This document shows, piece after piece, positions 36,562-47,080 of a stretch of DNA of 64,000 nucleotides. The stretch is from positions 11,518 to 75,517 of the forward strand of contig CAINEC010000174.1 in NCBI GenBank assembly GCA_903847585.1, given 5' to 3'. The stretch is from an uncultured Bacteroidota bacterium. GTDB lineage: Bacteria > Bacteroidota > Bacteroidia > AKYH767-A > OLB10. How positions within the stretch are numbered: the stretch's first letter is position 1; the number at the start of each line of letters is the position of its first letter. A program made the translations under genes and the position numbers. The notes beneath the pieces are model-generated. The model was not told where the DNA came from and searched no databases. It was given only the letters and a program-made list of their open reading frames with translations.

Positions 36562-37712
36562 CACGCGAATAGTTTTTTGTTTTGTTCAACACCTTCTTTA
36601 TCATCGAATATTTGTTGTGCAAAGGTAAGTGCTCCTTGACTATATTGATTAAACTCTTCTTGATTCCAACTACAAGCTTTCACCATTGCATTCATAATTT
36701 CATTTTCCTTGTTTAATGCAATATCCCATCCCGCATTTTTTTCTACTAAATTTTTCCAGATGGTTTGATCTGAAATTAAAACAGGACAACCAGCTGCCAT
36801 ACTTTCTACGATTGAATGTCCATAGTTTTCATTAAAGGTAAGTAAAATGCTGAGATGGTAACGACTCATGATATCAATCACCTCGGAGTTTTCTAATATG
36901 CCTTTATAATTAACTTTTACATGCGATGGTATAGTTTGAATTACTGCATTACATTCATTCCAATATGCTTCTTCTTCTATGGGTCCGTAAATATCAAACT
37001 CAATTGAATTTCCTGAAGGTACTTTAGTGAGTAGTTTTAATGTTCCCAACAAATTTTTCTTCGGAGAAATTCGTGAAAGGAAAATCATTTTTAAGCTTCC
37101 TTTATTTTTAATGCGCTCTACAAAATCTAATTTTCTTGGTTCAACAAGATCAATCGCTACATGTACTTTCGCTCTTCTTCCAAATTGCTGATGTATTTCT
37201 TTTTCTTCGGATGTTGAACTCGCATGAAAGGTAATTCCATTATACAAGCCCATCATTTTTGTAGAAAACAAATAGGACTTTTTCTTTAACGATTTAATTT
37301 TTAATGCTCCTTGACCAAGCATACCTCGAGGTGCTAAAATCACTTTTCTTCGAGGTAAAAATTTCTTTCGAATAGTTAGTGGAAGGTAGGTATAGAAATA
37401 AGAAAACATCGAATTCAAATAAAGTATATCCGCTTGCGCTTCAAACATTATTTTTTTCAAATGTTGTTTTGTTCTTTTCTCTTGCGAGATATAATACACA
37501 TGACTTCCATCTTTTAATTTAATCCATGTGTCAAGTTGTACTCCTGCATAAGGTGCATCTGCATGTAAATCGCGATCACCAGTCACAATATAAAAATCGT
37601 ACGCTTCTTTTAAATGACCAGCCATTGCAGCCACCGAACGAATTTGTCCGCCTGCTTTATAGCCTGGCAAATACCAATCTACAAATACCAGTATTTTCTT
37701 TTTGCTGCTCAT
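36561..37712 (-). CDS. Glycosyltransferase family 4
   Basis: GT-B fold with an EX7E region ENYGHSIVESMAAGCPVLISD. Confidence 0.8.
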   Translation of the reverse strand: MSSKKKILVFVDWYLPGYKAGGQIRSVAAMAGHLKEAYDFYIVTGDRDLHADAPYAGVQLDTWIKLKDGSHVYYISQEKRTKQHLKKIMFEAQADILYLNSMFSYFYTYLPLTIRKKFLPRRKVILAPRGMLGQGALKIKSLKKKSYLFSTKMMGLYNGITFHASSTSEEKEIHQQFGRRAKVHVAIDLVEPRKLDFVERIKNKGSLKMIFLSRISPKKNLLGTLKLLTKVPSGNSIEFDIYGPIEEEAYWNECNAVIQTIPSHVKVNYKGILENSEVIDIMSRYHLSILLTFNENYGHSIVESMAAGCPVLISDQTIWKNLVEKNAGWDIALNKENEIMNAMVKACSWNQEEFNQYSQGALTFAQQIFDDKEGVEQNKKLFA

Positions 37713-38773
37713 GATTTAATTAATTGCAATAATGATTCTGACCACTTTTGAGGAGTGTTTAAATTCCCTTTTGCATGACTTTTATGCATCATTGAAATTA
37801 ATGTTGCATCATCACTATTGATAATTTTAAGTATCGCTTCTTTTAAGGATGCTTCATTTTTTGGTTCACAATAAAAGCCGTTTTCATTTTCTGTCAGAAA
37901 CGCTGTCGCTGCACTTGTGGTAGTACTGCAAACAAGCGGATAACCAGCGAGCGCATATTCTTGCACAACAACACCCCAATGTTCATAATGAGTTGGAAGA
38001 ATAAATACACCAGTATCATTAATCGTGGAGGATAATTGATGTGGCTGTACAAATCCAACGTTTTTTATGAATGATTTTTTCGGAAAATTTTCTTCGAGAT
38101 GTCCTTTGCCTAAGCAATACAATTCCCATCCTTTTCTTTCTTCATCAGTTAAATTCGAAAACACATTCCATAGTTCATTCGTGCCTTTCAACTCAGTGTA
38201 TCTTCCTACGAATATAAATCGATGAGGGAATTTATTTTCTTTTGATGCTTTTGTTTGATTGTAATAGTTATTATATAAATCAACATCTGCACAATACATT
38301 CCTTGTAATAGCTGATTGCTTTTAAATCCTAAACGCTTTGCGTATTCCGCATTTGGTTCGCCTGGTACCCAACAATGTGTAAATAATTTTTGCAAATAAA
38401 ACGGAGCAATGAATGTTGCTATACGTTGCTTTAAATTTCCTTTCCAGATATTATCCAACGTCATCACTACTGGAATACTCTTTTTGATATGCTTACAAAC
38501 GGCTAAATATCCTTTGTCTGCCCATCCACATACATAAATCAAATCGGGGTTAATGCCTTCCGTTAGTTGAATTAATTTTTCGGTTGAATAGTCTGGTCGG
38601 TTATAAGTAGTAATATTTTCTCCAAATGAAAATTCAAAAGGAGCAACACTATTAACAGGGTAATTCACTACATGAACCTCTGCATTACATTTATCTGCGA
38701 GATGTCGCATGCAAGCTATCGTATAGCCTGCCAACTCAAAGTACAGGAATAGGATTTTCTTTTTTCTCGACAT
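37709..38773 (-). CDS. Glycosyltransferase family 4
   Basis: C-terminal YEHWGVVVQEYALAGYPLVCS (EX7E). There is a 4-nt overlap with the downstream gene. Confidence 0.75.
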   Translation of the reverse strand: MSRKKKILFLYFELAGYTIACMRHLADKCNAEVHVVNYPVNSVAPFEFSFGENITTYNRPDYSTEKLIQLTEGINPDLIYVCGWADKGYLAVCKHIKKSIPVVMTLDNIWKGNLKQRIATFIAPFYLQKLFTHCWVPGEPNAEYAKRLGFKSNQLLQGMYCADVDLYNNYYNQTKASKENKFPHRFIFVGRYTELKGTNELWNVFSNLTDEERKGWELYCLGKGHLEENFPKKSFIKNVGFVQPHQLSSTINDTGVFILPTHYEHWGVVVQEYALAGYPLVCSTTTSAATAFLTENENGFYCEPKNEASLKEAILKIINSDDATLISMMHKSHAKGNLNTPQKWSESLLQLIKS

Positions 38774-40043
38774 TTCTAAAGTGTAATAAGGAAATACATG
38801 CTAACGCCATAATGGTAAAAGGATTCAGTGATCCTTGAAACCAGGCTTCGAACGTACAGGAAAATAAAAATGCAAATAGGGTAGGTAGTGATAAATAATT
38901 ATACGTAATGCTCTTAAAGAAATTTGTGAGCAAGCCATACATATAAAGCATTAATCCTATCAAACCTGTATTCAACCAAAGGGCAAGGTACGTATTGTGT
39001 ACACCACCGAGGGTGCCTTGACTTTGCAACCATTTCTGATTAATCTCAAATAATGTTTCTTCATAGGAGAATCCACGACCTAATAAAAAGGCGTCTTGAA
39101 TATTTTCCCAACCAAACTGCCATGCAATCAAACGACCTGATCCATCCTCTAAATGTTCAACACGTAAATAAGAACCTAATCCTAACGTGTTAACGATGAG
39201 TGGGAGATTATCGGTGATGATTTGATACATTAATCCTGTAATTAATAGAATGACAAAGCCAAGCATTGGCGACATTTTATAGAACCTTGCAAAGAATAAG
39301 AATATCAGAATAGAGAAAATACTATTTCTTGATTCAGATAATAAAACAGAAAGTGCAAGTGTTCCGAAGATTAATATTAACTGAGGTAAGGTAAATAATT
39401 TTGGATGCTTTTGTAGCGTTAGCATAATCAACGCAAAGAAAATAGTGGCGAAGGAACCGATACCATTTGGATTACCCATTAACCCATTATAACGACCAAC
39501 TAAAAAAGTATAATCTACAGGCATTATAATCGCTACCATAAAACCTGCTAGTAATACTAATGTGCCTGACCAGATCCACAACCTTAATAAATGCTTGCCT
39601 TCGTCTTTTGCTAATTCATGTGTAACATAATTTGGAATTAAAGCAAACATGAGTAAAAACGAAAGTGTTTTTTGAAACGCAAGCATCGGAATTGGATTGC
39701 GAAATACGACTATAAATGCAAGTATAAAAAACCCTAAAAAGGGATACCATATTTTACTTTTCTCTTTAAATGATTTTGTGTCTAATAAAACAAAGGCAGA
39801 CATAACAATTAATGCAATGTCTTTCGATTTACCTGCAAAAACAAACTCTGGCTGGCGGTTATCACTGAAGAAAAGTAAGATGGCAAACGATACAATCATC
39901 TCTGCATACATGCCTTTTCTTTTGAAGAGAATCAATCCTAATGGAACAAGACCCATGGCAATTTCTGGAGCAATAATTCCACCCATTAACCAAAGCAGGA
40001 TAACGATGTAAAACTGATTATTCTCTTTTAAAAATTGCAACAT
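38736..40043 (-). CDS. O-antigen polymerase/ligase-like (Wzy-type) membrane protein
   Basis: Polytopic membrane protein with about 10 or more helices and an extracytoplasmic loop (RVEHLEDGSGRLIAWQFGWE). The ATG at 40043 (MLQFLKENN...) is preferred; the track start at 40124 is a TTG overlapping the upstream GT by 68 nt. Confidence 0.65.
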   Translation of the reverse strand: MLQFLKENNQFYIVILLWLMGGIIAPEIAMGLVPLGLILFKRKGMYAEMIVSFAILLFFSDNRQPEFVFAGKSKDIALIVMSAFVLLDTKSFKEKSKIWYPFLGFFILAFIVVFRNPIPMLAFQKTLSFLLMFALIPNYVTHELAKDEGKHLLRLWIWSGTLVLLAGFMVAIIMPVDYTFLVGRYNGLMGNPNGIGSFATIFFALIMLTLQKHPKLFTLPQLILIFGTLALSVLLSESRNSIFSILIFLFFARFYKMSPMLGFVILLITGLMYQIITDNLPLIVNTLGLGSYLRVEHLEDGSGRLIAWQFGWENIQDAFLLGRGFSYEETLFEINQKWLQSQGTLGGVHNTYLALWLNTGLIGLMLYMYGLLTNFFKSITYNYLSLPTLFAFLFSCTFEAWFQGSLNPFTIMALACISLLHFRNVEKKENPIPVL

Positions 40044-40056
40044 GGTGTTATAATAT

Positions 40057-41184
40057 TTATAGCTTACTGAGCGGATTCGATGGAAGCATTGACTCAAATA
40101 ATTCGATATGCTTACGACCAACAATATCCCAAGTGAAATTATTCATTACTTTAGTTCGCGACTCCTCCGACATTTTTCTTTTATCATCAGCACTAAGTTG
40201 ATAATACGCTTGAATAGCCGATTTAAAAGCTCTTTTATCGCCTGCATCTACAAGGTATCCATTTTTACTATTTACTAACTCAGCGGTTGCTCCTGTATCG
40301 GAAACAATAACTGGCATTCCGTGAACCATTGCTTCTAATACTACCGTTGGCATTCCTTCAAATAGTGTTGGAAATACAAATAAATCGCAGGTTTCGTATA
40401 ATTCTTTTAATCGCTCTTCGGATGCAAATCCAACATATTCTACATTTTCGAATTGATACTCGGAAGTATACTTTTCGTAAAGCGGGCCTTTGCCCACTAC
40501 ATAAAATTTTAATTTTGATTTATAGCCATCACGATTCAATGTTTTGATGGATTCAAGCAAGACATCAATTCCTTTGTTAAAGGCAAATCTCCCTACATAC
40601 AAAAGATTTAATTCCTCTGCTTCGAAATTCTTAGTTGGTAATTCACATTCGTAAACGGCATTGGGGATGACTACAATCTTATCGTTCGAATAATATATTT
40701 CGTTCTTCAATATGCTTGTTAATCGCCCACCTAACGATATCACTTTAGCTGCATGATTGAACTGATAACGTTCCATCATTCGCATAGGGAGTGTTTTTAA
40801 TCGATCGTTACTTGTTAACCCTTGAAAAGGTTCTAGGCCATGCTGGTTTACAATAACACGATTACCAAATTTTTTTAAATCATGTAAAACAGCAAATCCT
40901 TGTGCATATACAATTGCTTCAGGATACTGCATTACTATTTCACTAATTTTTTTTGAATATTGATATTGCTTCCAAATATAAAATCCATTGAAATCAAAAG
41001 GAATAGAAATTTCTTTAACATTCCATTTTGGATCCAACACATTTTCTTTGTGCGGATGAATAACAATAATTTCCCAGTCAGTATACTTAACTAATTGTTC
41101 AATTAATAAGAGTGAATGCTTTTGCATTCCACCAACAGCATGCGGGAAGATTCCATCCGTACAAAAAAGAAGCTGTCGTTTCAC
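40057..41184 (-). CDS. Glycosyltransferase family 4
   Basis: N-terminal GGMQKH and C-terminal FEGMPTVVLEAMVHGMPVIVSD (EX7E). GTG start. Confidence 0.8.
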   Translation of the reverse strand: MKRQLLFCTDGIFPHAVGGMQKHSLLLIEQLVKYTDWEIIVIHPHKENVLDPKWNVKEISIPFDFNGFYIWKQYQYSKKISEIVMQYPEAIVYAQGFAVLHDLKKFGNRVIVNQHGLEPFQGLTSNDRLKTLPMRMMERYQFNHAAKVISLGGRLTSILKNEIYYSNDKIVVIPNAVYECELPTKNFEAEELNLLYVGRFAFNKGIDVLLESIKTLNRDGYKSKLKFYVVGKGPLYEKYTSEYQFENVEYVGFASEERLKELYETCDLFVFPTLFEGMPTVVLEAMVHGMPVIVSDTGATAELVNSKNGYLVDAGDKRAFKSAIQAYYQLSADDKRKMSEESRTKVMNNFTWDIVGRKHIELFESMLPSNPLSKL

Positions 41185-41187
41185 TGC

Positions 41188-42093
41188 TTATTTATTTATC
41201 AATGTTGCAATTCCTTCGTCAATACCAATGAGTGGTTGCCAGCCTGTTGACTTTAACTTACTTACATCAGCTAATAAATGCATACGCTCCACTTTTCGTA
41301 CACGCGATTCGTCTACTTCTATTTCAATCTTTTCTCCTAACTGACGAGAGAAGGCATCAACAATTTCAGTTACTGAATATTCAATTCCTCTACCTAAATT
41401 ATAAATATCAATTCCTTTATTATCGTAACTCATCAATGAATGTACAGCATTTGCCATATCCGAAGTATGAATGAAATCACGCTTAGGTGTTAAGTTGCCT
41501 AGTTTTATTTTACGTAATCCGGAGTTTACTTGATTTTGAATTTCAGGAATCAAATGCGGGTTCGTTTCATTCGGACCAAATGCATTAAAGAAACGGCATA
41601 TTATAACGGGTACGCCTGTCTGCAAATGAAATTCATTGCATAAATGCTCTCCTGTTAGTTTGCTTAATCCGTAAATATCCATTGGTCCTGTAGGGTGATT
41701 TTCAGAAACTGCTTCGTCATAGATTGGATATACTGCTGCAGTAGAAGCAAAAAATACTTTTTGAACCTGATATTTTTTACATGCATTTAAAATATGAATT
41801 GTTCCTCTGATATTGATATTACTTGACTCAAAAGGATGCTGATTGCAATAAGGAATAAAATGAACGGCAGCTAAATGAATTACACGATCAGGTCGAACAG
41901 CATTGAAGATTTTGTCAATAGTTGGTGCATCTAAAATATCTGCTTGAAAAAAATGAGCATCATCGATGTTTATGAATTCACGCTTGCCAAAGGATAAATT
42001 ATCAATTACAAAAATTTCATCGCCTGCGCGTTGTAGTTTGTCAATTACTGCACATCCAATAAAGCCGGCACCTCCGGTTACTAAAGTTTTCAT
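41188..42093 (-). CDS. NAD-dependent sugar-nucleotide epimerase/dehydratase (extended SDR)
   Basis: Rossmann motif VTGGAGFIG and catalytic YGLSKLTGE (YxxxK). Confidence 0.85.
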   Translation of the reverse strand: MKTLVTGGAGFIGCAVIDKLQRAGDEIFVIDNLSFGKREFINIDDAHFFQADILDAPTIDKIFNAVRPDRVIHLAAVHFIPYCNQHPFESSNINIRGTIHILNACKKYQVQKVFFASTAAVYPIYDEAVSENHPTGPMDIYGLSKLTGEHLCNEFHLQTGVPVIICRFFNAFGPNETNPHLIPEIQNQVNSGLRKIKLGNLTPKRDFIHTSDMANAVHSLMSYDNKGIDIYNLGRGIEYSVTEIVDAFSRQLGEKIEIEVDESRVRKVERMHLLADVSKLKSTGWQPLIGIDEGIATLINK

Positions 42094-43226
42094 AGTAGCT
42101 CTTCAATTAATTTTTTATACTGCCCATCCTGCGCAGACTTTGTCCAGTTCTGTTGAACCAAATGGATGAGTCTGTTTCTTTCTGAGAATGGCTTTTTACT
42201 GATAGAAAGGGATTTTTGTTCCGAATAAATGATACCACAGTCATTATTTTTTACGAATTCGGTGTAATCGCCTAAGTTTTCAGAGATAATAACAGGCAAT
42301 CCAGCACTCAAGTACTCAGCAAATTTAGTTGGAGAGGCTACTTTATTAGTTACCGATTGCTCCCTGATTAAAATACCCCAGTCGCACGCAAGCAGGAATG
42401 AGGTTACCTCTTCATGTTTAAGCCATCTACGGCTAACCTGATTTGGGAATGCTGCAGTTAATTCTTGTATCATCACATCTTCGTTCGATAAAAAAACGAG
42501 TTTGTGATGTTGACTTTCTGATAAAAAATTTAACATCAATGGTTTCAATAACGAAAACGATTGCCATCCTGAAACAGATCCGGAATATACCAGAACTAAA
42601 TCTTCTGCTTTGAAATGGTAAGTGGTGCGAATTGGATTAACCAACTCTTCGGATAGTTCATTAACAATAAAGTTACTGTTCAATGTACACGGAATAACTA
42701 CATGTTTTGTAGACGCATAATGATATTCACTTTGCCAGTGCTCTACTAATTTTTGAGTAACTGCTATTCGAAAATCACTTTTGTTCACTGCATTGCTTTC
42801 GAGCTGAGGAATATTCTTTTTCCAATTTGATGGGACCGTGATGGGATATTCTGTCCACTCTGCTTTCATAGCGCCACGTCCATCGAAACAAACTTTTTTT
42901 ACACTGCATTTATTTCTAACAAGCAAGGCCATGTTTGCGGCAATTACATTTCTAGCAATGATAGCTGTTGGTTGTAAAAGCAAACAAATAAACCAAAGAA
43001 TAATACTATTGAATTTCCAGTAAGGTGCTTTGGGCAACATCGGTAATACGATCGCGTTACCACGTTTCGATAGTATTTCTTTTTTCTTATTTGAAAAATC
43101 GTGCAATGAAATAAAGGCTACTAAACGAATGGATGTATTGTGCTTTTGATCGAGGTAGTTTAATACATCAGTTACCTGACTAAAAAATACGCCTGAAGGA
43201 GGTTCGCCGTAGGTAAGGTAAATCAT
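42090..43226 (-). CDS. Glycosyltransferase (GT-B, GT4-like)
   Basis: The C-terminal PTKFAEYLSAGLPVIISENLGD resembles the GT4 nucleotide-sugar binding region. The gene is embedded among GTs, with a 4-nt overlap. Confidence 0.6.
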   Translation of the reverse strand: MIYLTYGEPPSGVFFSQVTDVLNYLDQKHNTSIRLVAFISLHDFSNKKKEILSKRGNAIVLPMLPKAPYWKFNSIILWFICLLLQPTAIIARNVIAANMALLVRNKCSVKKVCFDGRGAMKAEWTEYPITVPSNWKKNIPQLESNAVNKSDFRIAVTQKLVEHWQSEYHYASTKHVVIPCTLNSNFIVNELSEELVNPIRTTYHFKAEDLVLVYSGSVSGWQSFSLLKPLMLNFLSESQHHKLVFLSNEDVMIQELTAAFPNQVSRRWLKHEEVTSFLLACDWGILIREQSVTNKVASPTKFAEYLSAGLPVIISENLGDYTEFVKNNDCGIIYSEQKSLSISKKPFSERNRLIHLVQQNWTKSAQDGQYKKLIEELL

Positions 43227-43233
43227 CGATTAG

Positions 43234-45312
43234 TTAATAGGGTTTTTGAGGATGCAGAAGTGTTGCAATTATTTGCGCAAACTTAAATCCAAATAAATTG
43301 TAAATAACCAAGTATTTATTAGAATTCGAATGGGTGGGTGTTGGTTTGCCAATAGGCTCAATAAATTTTCGGTGTAAATCGATAGCCTCCATTTTATTGT
43401 AGTAATAAATTATGCGAATAGAATTAAAAACTTCACTTAAATAAGTAGTTTTAATTTTATCAGTTAGCAAATCGTTTTCATGTAGATAATTGTAAATGCT
43501 CACACGTAAATTTATAAAGCGTATCCATTTTGCTTCGGGATTCGATTTTGTAATTGATCCTGATGCACGTTCTCTGTTAATGTTTAGTACGGTATCGTCA
43601 ATTTTAACTTTAGCTCCGTTCTTTAACATACGAAACATCAAATCATATTCCTGACTGCTCTTCAAATTTTCATTCCATTCACCAGCTGATAGGATTGCAC
43701 TTTTTCTAAATAAATTGGCTGTAGTTACACCTAATCGGCCTCGCATTAAACTATTCCAGGCATCGTCACTTTCAAAATTATAAAGCGTGTCAACACCAAC
43801 AAGATTTCTTTTCTTAAAACTATTTACAACGATATCAATTGAATTATTTGATTTTTCAATTAATGAAAGCTGATGCTCAAATTTTGTTGGAAGTAATAAA
43901 TCATCAGCATCAAAAAATTGGATAAATTCACTCGTCGCTGCGTTTAAACCTTTATTGCGCGAATGGTTTGCCCCTTCATTTTTTTCGTTTTGTAGTAACT
44001 TAATTATTGTTGGATATTGATTTTGCAATTCTTTAATGATAGTAACAGTAGTATCTGATGAGCAATCATCAACACAAATAATCTCCTCACATGGTTTAGT
44101 TTGTTGAATTACAGATTCAATAGCTTCCTTTATGTAAGTTGCCACATTGTAGCAGGGTATTACAACTGATATAGTTGACATGTTTTCAGTGCTTAAGCCG
44201 CCAATAGTAGTAACAGGATGGGAATGGCTATTTAAGTCGCCTGGATGGGTAATTGGTTTTATTTTGATACTTGAAAAATACCTAAATTCGCTATTGATAG
44301 TAAAATGTTTGTTAGTGAATTTTAACAAACATTTCAACATTTTTATGTTGTGTTTGGTAAGTATTTTAGGGTGTGAGACAAACTGTACAAACTCTTGGTT
44401 GTTGATTAACTTCTTATAGTTAGCTAATTTTATTCTTGTCAGTAGTTCAATCGAAACACGTTCGTAATTTGATGTTGCCAAATTAATTCCGAATGGTGAT
44501 TTCGGTTTTATACTGATTTCATTAGAACGTACTCCAATACCTTTCAAATGTGTACTGTCGTCTAATACTTTATACAAGAGTTTTAAGTAAATTTTATCGA
44601 TGAATTTTCTCCATGGTTCGATGTAAATGATATCGCTTGTGATTTCTATAAAGTTTCCTTTATCATCTTGTTCTTCTACTTTATCGGAAAATCGATAGAT
44701 GTTACTTTTTATACAGGTGCTAAAATCGAAATGTTGAGCATCAGTAAATTGATAAACAAGGGGCATTACACTAAAATCATAAACGATATTATGCTTTTGA
44801 AAACTCTCTTTAAATACCTCGAATGGTTGAATAGACCATCCACCAGCCCTGAATCCATTGATTTTATAATCTGGAAAATCATAATGAATAATCTCTTTTA
44901 GAATAGCGATTGATGAATCAAAAATGTTTTTTATTTCTTCTTGATTCAACTGATTAATTCGATAATGAGTAATATTCTGTAAGTTAAATTCGTCTTTTTG
45001 AGGGTCATAAATAGCATCCATCCAATGAGGATGTAAATGTGGGAAAACATCATGACCTTGTTTAATAATATTGATTATCTGCGAAGAGATTAGTTGTAAT
45101 TTGTTTTTACAGGCAGGACAATTTTCTGAAAGTTCTTTTAGTTTAATGAGCCATGTTGTATCGACAAAAAATATGGCTTTGATGTTATATTCTTCAAGAA
45201 GATTTAAAATATGTTGAGTTGGCTCAATTACACTGTCTATAACATTACCACTTCGCTCTCCGAGAAAGAGTTCATAGTCAAAAGTGAATAAAAGGTGTTT
45301 TTCTTTTTTCAT
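43234..45312 (-). CDS. Two-domain protein: N-terminal polysaccharide-deacetylase-like domain fused to a C-terminal GT2 glycosyltransferase
   Basis: 692 aa. The N-terminus LLFTFDYELFLGE...HPHLHPHW resembles the deacetylase/CE4-like DxE..H pattern (weak match). The C-terminal half, ISVVIPCYNVATYIKEAIESVIQQT...FFDADD, is a clear GT2. Confidence 0.65.
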   Translation of the reverse strand: MKKEKHLLFTFDYELFLGERSGNVIDSVIEPTQHILNLLEEYNIKAIFFVDTTWLIKLKELSENCPACKNKLQLISSQIINIIKQGHDVFPHLHPHWMDAIYDPQKDEFNLQNITHYRINQLNQEEIKNIFDSSIAILKEIIHYDFPDYKINGFRAGGWSIQPFEVFKESFQKHNIVYDFSVMPLVYQFTDAQHFDFSTCIKSNIYRFSDKVEEQDDKGNFIEITSDIIYIEPWRKFIDKIYLKLLYKVLDDSTHLKGIGVRSNEISIKPKSPFGINLATSNYERVSIELLTRIKLANYKKLINNQEFVQFVSHPKILTKHNIKMLKCLLKFTNKHFTINSEFRYFSSIKIKPITHPGDLNSHSHPVTTIGGLSTENMSTISVVIPCYNVATYIKEAIESVIQQTKPCEEIICVDDCSSDTTVTIIKELQNQYPTIIKLLQNEKNEGANHSRNKGLNAATSEFIQFFDADDLLLPTKFEHQLSLIEKSNNSIDIVVNSFKKRNLVGVDTLYNFESDDAWNSLMRGRLGVTTANLFRKSAILSAGEWNENLKSSQEYDLMFRMLKNGAKVKIDDTVLNINRERASGSITKSNPEAKWIRFINLRVSIYNYLHENDLLTDKIKTTYLSEVFNSIRIIYYYNKMEAIDLHRKFIEPIGKPTPTHSNSNKYLVIYNLFGFKFAQIIATLLHPQKPY

Positions 45313-45324
45313 GAAAAGTAGATT

Positions 45325-46071
45325 TTATTTTTTTGCAATCATAAGATATGCATTCGTAAAGATGCGTTCCCCTTTTCCATAAGGCTTTGGATCATATTCC
45401 GAAAACTTTCTTCCATTAAATGCTTGCTCATGTTTTACAATTTGTAGATAATTACTTGCTGCATTTTCTACGACTTTAGGAGCATATTCAATGTAATATA
45501 AATCAGGGTAGTATAAATCAGATTTTTTAAGAGCAGGTGGGTAGTGTAAGAATAGAAGTCCACCTTCTTCTAAGTAATCAGAAACTTTTTTGAAAAACAA
45601 ATCTAACTGACTTGGCGGGATAAATTCAAGTACACTAATACAATAAATAGCATGAAATTTTTTACTGAAATGTTGGTCTAAAAAACTACCCAGAATAAAA
45701 TTGACATTCGGAAGATCTTTTTTCCCTCGCTCTATCATGTCCTTGTTGACATCAATTCCAGTGCAAAAATAATCTTCGTTAAAGTTTTTTAAATAAGCAC
45801 CTGCACCACAGCCTATATCTAAAATCTCATCATTTTTTCGAAGATGTTCATTTATAAAATAGATTAATTGCGTATGTGTTTTATTAATTGCTTCATTGAT
45901 ATGCGGTACATTTGAAAAACCTGCCATTTCTTGCGGACTTAATTTTTTGTTTATTCTGATACGTTTGTAAATACCAAATTTATCAGTCATCCATCGATCC
46001 AATTTTAAAAAAATCAAAATTGAATTGACAAATCTGTTATTCGTAAAAAAGAAAAATAGTTTATTTATCAT
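45325..46071 (-). CDS. Class I SAM-dependent methyltransferase
   Basis: Motif I ILDIGCGAGAY and downstream GIDVN. Confidence 0.8.
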   Translation of the reverse strand: MINKLFFFFTNNRFVNSILIFLKLDRWMTDKFGIYKRIRINKKLSPQEMAGFSNVPHINEAINKTHTQLIYFINEHLRKNDEILDIGCGAGAYLKNFNEDYFCTGIDVNKDMIERGKKDLPNVNFILGSFLDQHFSKKFHAIYCISVLEFIPPSQLDLFFKKVSDYLEEGGLLFLHYPPALKKSDLYYPDLYYIEYAPKVVENAASNYLQIVKHEQAFNGRKFSEYDPKPYGKGERIFTNAYLMIAKK

Positions 46072-47051
46072 TGTTCCTGGTCGATTATATCTTGATGTTT
46101 TTTGCCTTTCGATTTTAATAAAACCAACAAATCATATAACTGACATTTCCATTTTATTAAATCAGATTTCCATAAATATCCTTGCTTCAAATCTCCACCA
46201 AATCCTTTTTTGAATTTGAAAATACCTTCTAATGTTTCATTGTTAGAGTTAATTCTAACACCCGTTAAATCGTATTCTTTTACATTCTTATCGCGCATCC
46301 ATTTCATCACTTCAAAATGTAAATGTTTCATTGCGCCATAAAGCTTACTTCCTCCTATAGATCCTGCATGCGTACAGTACGTACGATGATTATCAAAGAT
46401 AAAAAACGCCGCTCCTATTGTTAACCCTTCTTCATCTTTAATAATTGCTGTGATGGTGTTATCAGGTAAATAAGCGATAAGATTTTTAAAATAAGTTAAG
46501 CTATCGTAGTAAATATTTGCCCTTTTGCAAGTATTAAGATAAACGCTATAAAATTCATTCAATGCATTATTATCAATTATAATACGTCCACCGTTTTTAC
46601 TGCAATGTTGAATGGCTTTTTTATATTTAACATCGAATGAATTTAGTATTTCATCGTCTGTTTTATTTTGTAATGTTGTAATGTAAGTTCCAAATTCACA
46701 GAACTTACTTTCTACTGGTTTTTCAGAGGTAAATGCCATCGGATGTGGCTGTACAATTCGAATATACTTACCCGTATTTTTTAATTCTTGTTGTAAGTCA
46801 TTAAAAAAAGATATTGATTCTTCACTGGTTATTACTTTGTTTGCACGATGAGGTGCTGAAAGTAATTTGATTTGTTGAAAATATCGATTACCAGTAATCT
46901 CAAAAGGAACAATTATCTCATTTTTTTCAAAATAGCATACCTCATTTCCAAAATGATGCTTTATAAAATCAGCATAAGAATTTGAAAACTGAAATGGAAA
47001 TAAAGAAATACTAGAAAGGTTAGTTAAGCCTTCTCTCTTGGTAATGTGCAT
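46068..47051 (-). CDS. FemAB-like / GNAT-fold acyl(aminoacyl)transferase
   Basis: C-terminal YDLTGVRINSNNETLEGIFKFKKGFGGD is the signature ending of the FemAB/Acetyltransf_6 family. The 327-aa size fits. Confidence 0.6.
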   Translation of the reverse strand: MHITKREGLTNLSSISLFPFQFSNSYADFIKHHFGNEVCYFEKNEIIVPFEITGNRYFQQIKLLSAPHRANKVITSEESISFFNDLQQELKNTGKYIRIVQPHPMAFTSEKPVESKFCEFGTYITTLQNKTDDEILNSFDVKYKKAIQHCSKNGGRIIIDNNALNEFYSVYLNTCKRANIYYDSLTYFKNLIAYLPDNTITAIIKDEEGLTIGAAFFIFDNHRTYCTHAGSIGGSKLYGAMKHLHFEVMKWMRDKNVKEYDLTGVRINSNNETLEGIFKFKKGFGGDLKQGYLWKSDLIKWKCQLYDLLVLLKSKGKKHQDIIDQEQ

Positions 47052-47080
47052 AATCGGTAACGGTAGGGGGAGTGTGGTTC

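Noticed and set aside
40044-40124. Long start of the Wzy-like gene overlapping the upstream GT by 68 nt
   Set aside because: The start is a TTG. The ATG at 40043 leaves a 13-nt gap after the GT stop and begins just before the first TM helix.
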